From positions 4,885 to 68,884 of the forward strand of contig JAJCZJ010000105.1 of NCBI GenBank assembly GCA_029262455.1: 64,000 nucleotides of DNA, written 5' to 3'. The notes under the pieces were generated by a model. That model saw only the letters and a program-made list of their open reading frames with translations. It did no database searches and was not told the origin of the DNA. Source of the DNA: Deltaproteobacteria bacterium (GTDB taxonomy: Bacteria; Desulfobacterota; Binatia; HRBIN30; CADEER01). Shown one piece after another: positions 19,186 to 24,957 of the stretch. The translations under genes and the position numbers were made by a program. Numbering within the stretch: position 1 is the stretch's first letter; each line of letters begins with the position of its first letter.

Positions 19186-19311
19186 GCCCCTATGGTCCCG
19201 TTGCAGAAGATCGGTTTTTTCCCCATTACTCGGATGTAGTGCAAAAATCCCTTTCCTCTGTCGAAACCTATGTCATTATTGAGCATGCCAACGGAAAAAC
19301 CGTCCCCCGAC

Positions 19312-19327
19312 CTTTTTCCGCTTGACA
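19312..19327 (+). promoter_or_regulatory. Promoter-like motif CTTTTTCCGCTTGACA (contains -35 TTGACA) upstream of P3-P6 operon
   Basis: TTGACA at 19322-19327 with a 17-nt spacer to AATAAC. Same motif as at 2465-2479. Confidence 0.5.
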
Positions 19328-19418
19328 GGCCCGGACTAAACTGGAATAACGCCGACGGGTTCGAATGCGAAGTCACCGAACTCATATGCAGGCTGCAGTG
19401 AAAAAAAGGAGGCGTGCA

Positions 19419-20801
19419 ATGCGATTGCTGGAGCGAAACCCGCGGCTGACGGGCACTATCATGGGACTAGCGGTATTAGCCCTTGTTGGTGCGCAGGCCC
19501 AGGCGCAGGATCTTGAAATTACCTCAACCGAACCCGGGTCGATCGTTCTGTATCCGAAGGTTATCTCCGACGGTACCCGGGACACGATCATCTCACTCAC
19601 CAATACCTCGAACATGGTTGTGTACGCGCACTGCGTTTACACCAACGGTATCGGTCAGTGCAGTGCGTCGCCCGACCCGGCCAACCAGATCTACTACTGC
19701 AACACCTTTGATGACTGTCAGGGTGTGACGCCGCCGGGATCGACAGGCCCGCCGATTGATGTCGGTACCTGTAACCTGTTGTGGCAAGCGATTGACTTCG
19801 ACGTCACGCTGACCGCGCAGCAGCCGACTTTCTGGCGTGTGTCGACCGGACGTGTGCAGGATCCTGCACTCCAGTTCGGTGTCGATTGCGCCGCGTCGGG
19901 AAACAGTCAGATTTGTCCGGGTTTCTTCATCGGCGACTCGATCGCCGGAAGTAACGTGCCCGGTCAAAACGGTTTTCGCGGCGAATTGCGTTGCTATCAA
20001 GTCATGGAAGACGGCGACCTGCTACCCGCGGACGCTCTCAAGGGCGAGGCGTTCATCGAAAGCCTAGCTCTCGGCGGCGATCCGCCGGCTCCTGGCAACG
20101 GACGCATCAGCGGTTACAACTCGATCAATGTCGAGGGTTTCGGCGAAGGCACAGCCGATCCAGCCGTCGCTTCATTGGACGGAACTGAGTATGCGCGCTG
20201 TCCCGACGCTGTCGGCCTTGACTATCTCCACCCGGGCGTCCCGGAGCCGTCAACTGGCGCCGACGTGGATGTGGAGCTCACCTTCATTCCGTGTACGGCC
20301 AATCAGGATGGCCAGACGGGATTCTCGGTGCAGCTGTTCACCTTTGACGAGTTCGAAACCAGGCAATCTCAGGGTATCCCTGCGGTCTGTTGGTCGAACG
20401 TCAACGGCGACAGCCTGAACCTCACTGCCAACCCGACGACCACATACCTACGGTCGGAGGCGCAGCAGACTCTTGGCTCCGGAAACTGTCAGGGCGGAAA
20501 CCCGACAGGCTTCGGCTGTTTCGCCGACTCCGACTGCGGCGGCGAAGGCATCTGTAACAACGGAAGCTGCCAGGGCGGTGATTCGACAGGCCGCGTCTGT
20601 ACGAACGTCACGCAGTGTGGCCCGGGCGCAACCGCCTGTAATATTCCTGGTACGTCGTTCTTGGCCCTCGTTGAAACCATCTACTCAGGTGGGACTCCGG
20701 GTGGTTCGAACGCCGACGTCGGTTACGAGCTCGTTCCGGGCACAACCGACGACTCAATGGGCTTCATCGGGAACTTTCCCGATCCGAACCCGGTGCCGTA
20801 A
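19419..20801 (+). CDS. Secreted Cys-rich protein, novel paralogous family member P3
   Basis: AGGAGG RBS 6 nt before the ATG. Signal peptide MRLLERNPRLTGTIMGLAVLALVGAQAQA. Motifs IVLYPKV, DTIISLTNTSN, AHCVYT, DFDVTLTAQQP, GELRCYQ, LKGEAF, YNSINV, LTFIPC, FDEFETRQS, and a CFADSDCGGEGICNNGSCQGG insert. It is the most divergent member. Confidence 0.8.
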   Translation: MRLLERNPRLTGTIMGLAVLALVGAQAQAQDLEITSTEPGSIVLYPKVISDGTRDTIISLTNTSNMVVYAHCVYTNGIGQCSASPDPANQIYYCNTFDDCQGVTPPGSTGPPIDVGTCNLLWQAIDFDVTLTAQQPTFWRVSTGRVQDPALQFGVDCAASGNSQICPGFFIGDSIAGSNVPGQNGFRGELRCYQVMEDGDLLPADALKGEAFIESLALGGDPPAPGNGRISGYNSINVEGFGEGTADPAVASLDGTEYARCPDAVGLDYLHPGVPEPSTGADVDVELTFIPCTANQDGQTGFSVQLFTFDEFETRQSQGIPAVCWSNVNGDSLNLTANPTTTYLRSEAQQTLGSGNCQGGNPTGFGCFADSDCGGEGICNNGSCQGGDSTGRVCTNVTQCGPGATACNIPGTSFLALVETIYSGGTPGGSNADVGYELVPGTTDDSMGFIGNFPDPNPVP

Positions 20802-20833
20802 CGGCTGCGTCAGGAAAGAAAGGGGAAACTCGA

Positions 20834-21994
20834 ATGTCTAGCAAGACGACAATCGCAATAATCGCCTCAGCGGCCGCTGGCTCGTTGATGATAGCTTCGG
20901 TCGCTACTGCTGCGCCGACCCACGACAAGCCCGCGGGTCTCGTGATCTACCCGAAGATCCAAGTGAGCAGTGCTGACGGTCTCGATACCCGTATGCATCT
21001 GTCGAACACTTCCGGGCTTCCGCAGATGGCTCACTGCTTCTATGTGAATGCAAACAGCCACTGCACGAATAACGGAAACGTCTGCGACACATTCCTCGAT
21101 TGCGAGGACACTGCGTCCGGTACATTCGGGTCGTGTGAAGCGGGCTGGATCGAGACCAATTTCGACATCTTCCTCACGGCGGAGCAGCCAATCGGTTGGC
21201 TCGCCTCCGAGGGTCTGTCGGTCAACGACCTTCCGTGTCGTGCGACTTTCCAAAACCCCAACCCGTGCATCGGTGGTGACAACAACGGTACGCGCATCCC
21301 GCCTGTCGAGGATCCATTCATCGGCGAGCTGAAGTGTATCCAGGCCGACTCAGTTACTCGTCTGCCAGTGGCCTGTGACGGCGACAACTGCCGCAACGAT
21401 CTCACGGGTAAGGCAGTGATCATGTCTTCTAGTCTCCTCGACGGTGCTTCGTACCCGGCGGCCGGTCTCCGGCAGGTCCGCAACGATGGCGGCAATGATC
21501 TCCAGGTCGGCGGCGACTCCGGTTCAGTCGAGTACGAAAACTGTGCCGAGGTTCTCGTCATGGACTTCGTCTACGACGGTGCCACCGATCCGATCTCGGG
21601 CACGCTGCAGGGCCAATCTCAGCTGACCCTGGTTCCTTGCACTCAGGACTTTCGCGGACAGACCACCGACGCGGTCACCGCACAATTCCTCGTTTACAAC
21701 GAATTCGAGCAGCGCCTCTCGACGAGTCGTCGTGTTGAATGTTTGCTCGATTCTCAGATCTCTCTGATTGACACGTCTCAGCCCAATCGCTCGATCTTCT
21801 CTTTCCCGATCGGCGGTACCATTACAGGGCAAGCTCGTATTCGTGGCGTCGGTGGCGGTCTCGCAGGGGTCGCAGTTCTCGGGTTAGCCACGAACTGGTT
21901 GGACCCAGACAACGACACCCGTCAGGGCTTGGCCGGGTATGCTCTCGACTCAGTCGTAGACACGTCAACTCCGGACATTATCTCACTACCGTAG
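20834..21994 (+). CDS. Secreted Cys-rich protein, novel paralogous family member P4
   Basis: Signal peptide MSSKTTIAIIASAAAGSLMIASVATAA. Motifs LVIYPKI, DTRMHLSNTSG, AHCFYVNANSHC, FDIFLTAEQP, GELKCIQ, LTGKAV, LTLVPC, AQFLVYNEFEQRLSTSRRVEC, SIFSFPIGGTITGQARIRGV. Ends ...IISLP. Confidence 0.8.
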   Translation: MSSKTTIAIIASAAAGSLMIASVATAAPTHDKPAGLVIYPKIQVSSADGLDTRMHLSNTSGLPQMAHCFYVNANSHCTNNGNVCDTFLDCEDTASGTFGSCEAGWIETNFDIFLTAEQPIGWLASEGLSVNDLPCRATFQNPNPCIGGDNNGTRIPPVEDPFIGELKCIQADSVTRLPVACDGDNCRNDLTGKAVIMSSSLLDGASYPAAGLRQVRNDGGNDLQVGGDSGSVEYENCAEVLVMDFVYDGATDPISGTLQGQSQLTLVPCTQDFRGQTTDAVTAQFLVYNEFEQRLSTSRRVECLLDSQISLIDTSQPNRSIFSFPIGGTITGQARIRGVGGGLAGVAVLGLATNWLDPDNDTRQGLAGYALDSVVDTSTPDIISLP

Positions 21995-22049
21995 CGTTTA
22001 GCTGAGAATCCGCATCAACTTGAAGAATCGATCTGTAGGAGGAACACGC

Positions 22050-23078
22050 ATGAGGACTTTCGCGGTACGTCCTGCCGTCACTGCCGGCGCATTGGGACTC
22101 GCTTTCGCTCTAGCAGCGACGAGCGCCAGCGCCCAAGATTCATACACGGTCGAGCAGCCGACCTCAGTGCTGATCTTCCCCAAGGTCGTGAACGACGAGG
22201 GGCGGGACACGGTGCTCCAGGTTACGAATAATCACAACGTGATGGTCTACGCCCACTGTTTCTACACGGACGGGCAGACCATCAACGGAGTTCCCCGTTG
22301 GACGGTGACGGATTTTCAATTGAACCTCACTCGCCAGCAGACAACGACGTGGCCTGCCAGTACCGGCCGACCGCAGAACCCAAGCGACGACCAGAACGGG
22401 ATTGACCCGGGTGGTGTGCCGCCGACGGTTGACGGTTTTACGGGCAGTTTGGTTTGCGTTCAGATCGGCTCATCGCATGGGAATCCCATAGGTGGGAACA
22501 GTCTGACGGGTCGGGCGAGCGTCGCCGGCGCGGACTACAATGCCGTCGGAATTCCGGGCATCAACGTCGATGGGGATAAAACCCTTATGTTGGACGGCTT
22601 AGAGTACGCCCGCTGTCCGTCGTCGTATCACTTGGACTTTGTTACCCCGGGTTCGGGCGGAGCGGTTGCGCTTGGCTCGATGGTCGGGTTCGGTCTGGGT
22701 GACGCTGTGGCGACAGTCAGTACGAGTTTGACGGTCGTTCCTTGTAATTACGACTTTGCGACCTTCTTCCCAGCGTCGGTCCGGTTGGGTTTTAATCCGA
22801 TTGTCGATGAGTTCGAGAATCGGAACTCGGTCGGAACGGCGGAGGACGTGGTCTGTTGGGAAAATGTACAGTTGGACAACGCTGTGTTCGAGCTTGGTCC
22901 GAGTACGTTTAATACGGCAAGGGTCAACGGTAACGACTCGACGGGAGCTGCGGCGCCTTTTGTAGGTGTGGCAAACGTCCTGAGGGTTGGCGGCACGAGC
23001 CTTGGGATGGATTCGGCTACGACGAACTTGCACGCCGTCACGGGTGCACTCGCCGATGGGCAGATTATCATCCCGTAA
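22050..23078 (+). CDS. Secreted protein, novel paralogous family member P5 (shortest; lacks Cys-rich inserts)
   Basis: AGGAGG RBS. Signal peptide MRTFAVRPAVTAGALGLAFALAATSASA. Motifs VLIFPKV, DTVLQVTNNHN, AHCFYT, DFQLNLTRQQ, YNAVGI, LTVVPC, VDEFENRNS. Ends ...QIIIP. Confidence 0.8.
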   Translation: MRTFAVRPAVTAGALGLAFALAATSASAQDSYTVEQPTSVLIFPKVVNDEGRDTVLQVTNNHNVMVYAHCFYTDGQTINGVPRWTVTDFQLNLTRQQTTTWPASTGRPQNPSDDQNGIDPGGVPPTVDGFTGSLVCVQIGSSHGNPIGGNSLTGRASVAGADYNAVGIPGINVDGDKTLMLDGLEYARCPSSYHLDFVTPGSGGAVALGSMVGFGLGDAVATVSTSLTVVPCNYDFATFFPASVRLGFNPIVDEFENRNSVGTAEDVVCWENVQLDNAVFELGPSTFNTARVNGNDSTGAAAPFVGVANVLRVGGTSLGMDSATTNLHAVTGALADGQIIIP

Positions 23079-23135
23079 GGTGTTGGACCGCTAAAGTAAG
23101 CTTGTACACTCGGACGCTTGAAAAGGAGCCAGCGA

Positions 23136-24404
23136 ATGGTCAAAGGACGAACGATTTGGAATTTCACCGCGGTTGTAGGCGCGGTTGCCTTGGTTGGCAT
23201 CGTCCTCGGCACGGTCGAACGGAGTGATGCGCAGCCACCTGATCCCGCGGATTCGACTTCTGCGGTGGTGACTGGTGGGTATCTGCACTTCCCAAAGATT
23301 CTCGTGCATACGACGGGAGACTTGGCGAACCCGGCATTAGCTGGTGACGACTTCGCGATGGACACGGTCATCCAGATTACGAACACATCGGATGTCCGGG
23401 TTACGGCCAACTGCTTTTACGTAACGGCGGTGAGCCGGTGCGGCTCGGCGACCGGCCCAGTGTGTCGGGACGATAGCGAGTGCGTGCCGGGGATTCGATG
23501 CCTTCCGACGTGGAGTTCGGATGACTTCCGGATCGATTTTACCCCGTTGCAGCCGATTGGTTGGAGCGCGGCAACCGGACTCTCGATTTTGCCATGTGGA
23601 ATCGGCGGCGTCTGTCCGGGGAATCCGGGACAGAGCGGGCAGATCCCTGTGGTTTCGGTGGATCCGTTTGTCGGTGAGTTGAGATGTATTCAAGTCGAGA
23701 CCGATGATGACGGCATGGCGACTGGGCCGACAACCGATAGCGATCTGATTGGGAAAGCTACGATTGTCGAGAGCGGCCCGTTCAGTGGACCGTCGGAGGT
23801 GCTGGCAGCGGGTTATAATGCGATCGGATTTCAGGGTGTATCGTCGGATGCCTTGGGTACAGATGCTTGCTTTGGCGGGGCACCGGCGGGTGCAAACTGT
23901 GGTGTTACCTACACGCCATGTGCGGCGCACTTGTCGCTGCAGCACTTCTTTGAAGGTGCCGAGACGCCGGCTGGATTCGTATCCACACATTTGACGTTGT
24001 CGCCGTGCAGCACGGAGTTGGAGATTGGCGACGTGTTTGCACCGTCGAATCGGGTCGTTGCGCAGATGCTCGTCTACAATGAGTTTGAGCAGCGGTTCTC
24101 GATTGCGGAACCGGTCGATTGTGTTGAGACACAGCGTCTTGTGGACATCGACACTCCAGCGGGCCCGTCGGGCGATTCTAGTTCGATCTTTTCCATCGGC
24201 ACGCAGGGGACACTGGGTGGACAGACTCGGATCAGAGGCGTTAGCGACGATTCGGGTTTCGGGCGCGGGATCGTGGGTCTAGCCCATCAGTACTTCTCGG
24301 CCTCGATGGGCGGGACGCCCACGAGTTCGTCGGCTTACCATGTAAACGGTGAGTTGGCGGCGCAGCCGGATCCGGATGCAGTTTACGGACCGCTTTTTCA
24401 GTAA
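23136..24404 (+). CDS. Secreted Cys-rich protein, novel paralogous family member P6
   Basis: AAAAGGAG RBS precedes the ATG at 23136; the track ORF begins at an earlier ATG that overlaps this RBS. Signal/TM segment WNFTAVVGAVALVGIVLG. Motifs HFPKI, DTVIQITNTSD, ANCFYV, DFRIDFTPLQP, GELRCIQ, YNAIGF, LQHFFEGAE, LTLSPC, AQMLVYNEFEQRFS, SIFSIGTQGTLGGQTRIRGV. Confidence 0.75.
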   Translation: MVKGRTIWNFTAVVGAVALVGIVLGTVERSDAQPPDPADSTSAVVTGGYLHFPKILVHTTGDLANPALAGDDFAMDTVIQITNTSDVRVTANCFYVTAVSRCGSATGPVCRDDSECVPGIRCLPTWSSDDFRIDFTPLQPIGWSAATGLSILPCGIGGVCPGNPGQSGQIPVVSVDPFVGELRCIQVETDDDGMATGPTTDSDLIGKATIVESGPFSGPSEVLAAGYNAIGFQGVSSDALGTDACFGGAPAGANCGVTYTPCAAHLSLQHFFEGAETPAGFVSTHLTLSPCSTELEIGDVFAPSNRVVAQMLVYNEFEQRFSIAEPVDCVETQRLVDIDTPAGPSGDSSSIFSIGTQGTLGGQTRIRGVSDDSGFGRGIVGLAHQYFSASMGGTPTSSSAYHVNGELAAQPDPDAVYGPLFQ

Positions 24405-24430
24405 TTAGGCGGAGTTCATACTAGATCGGG

Positions 24431-24470
24431 GAGCCGGAACGCCAGAAGGCGTTCCGGCTCTTTGTTTTTG
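24431..24470 (+). terminator. Rho-independent terminator after P6
   Basis: GAGCCGGAACGCC-agaa-GGCGTTCCGGCTC followed by TTTGTTTTTG. Confidence 0.85.
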
Positions 24471-24501
24471 AGCTCGTAGGCAGACTTCAAGGGTAGAGAC
24501 G

Positions 24502-24882
24502 ATGTCGACTAAGCGAATTCTGGTAGTTGAAGACAACCTGGATAACCGGCGTATTCTGGTGTATCGGCTGAAACGAATTGGCGAATTCGAGATCTTGGAA
24601 GCAAGTAACGGCGAGGAGGCGCTCGCGATTGTTCAGCGGGACGAACCCCCTGACCTTGTGTTCATGGATCTGAAGATGCCGGTCATGGACGGGTGGGAGG
24701 CCACGCGACAGATCCGGAAGCTCGAGGGTGGGGAGAAGATCCCGATTATCGCGTTGACGGCACAGGCGATGGCTGGCGACGAGCAGAAGGCGTTGGCCGC
24801 AGGTTGCGACGACTACCTTGCGAAGCCGATCGTCGATCTGGGTGTTGTACGGACAAAAATGGAGCGGTTGTTGGATAGGTAG
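24502..24882 (+). CDS. Single-domain response regulator (CheY-like receiver)
   Basis: ILVVEDNLDNRRIL, phospho-acceptor region FMDLKMPVMDG, and the IIALTA...YLAKP residues. 126 aa with no output domain. Confidence 0.9.
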   Translation: MSTKRILVVEDNLDNRRILVYRLKRIGEFEILEASNGEEALAIVQRDEPPDLVFMDLKMPVMDGWEATRQIRKLEGGEKIPIIALTAQAMAGDEQKALAAGCDDYLAKPIVDLGVVRTKMERLLDR

Positions 24883-24957
24883 AGCCGGGTCCGCGCTTTC
24901 CGGGGGGAAGCCGGATGGTGTCGTAGTGAGGCACGAGTTGGCGATTCGGGGGGTCGG

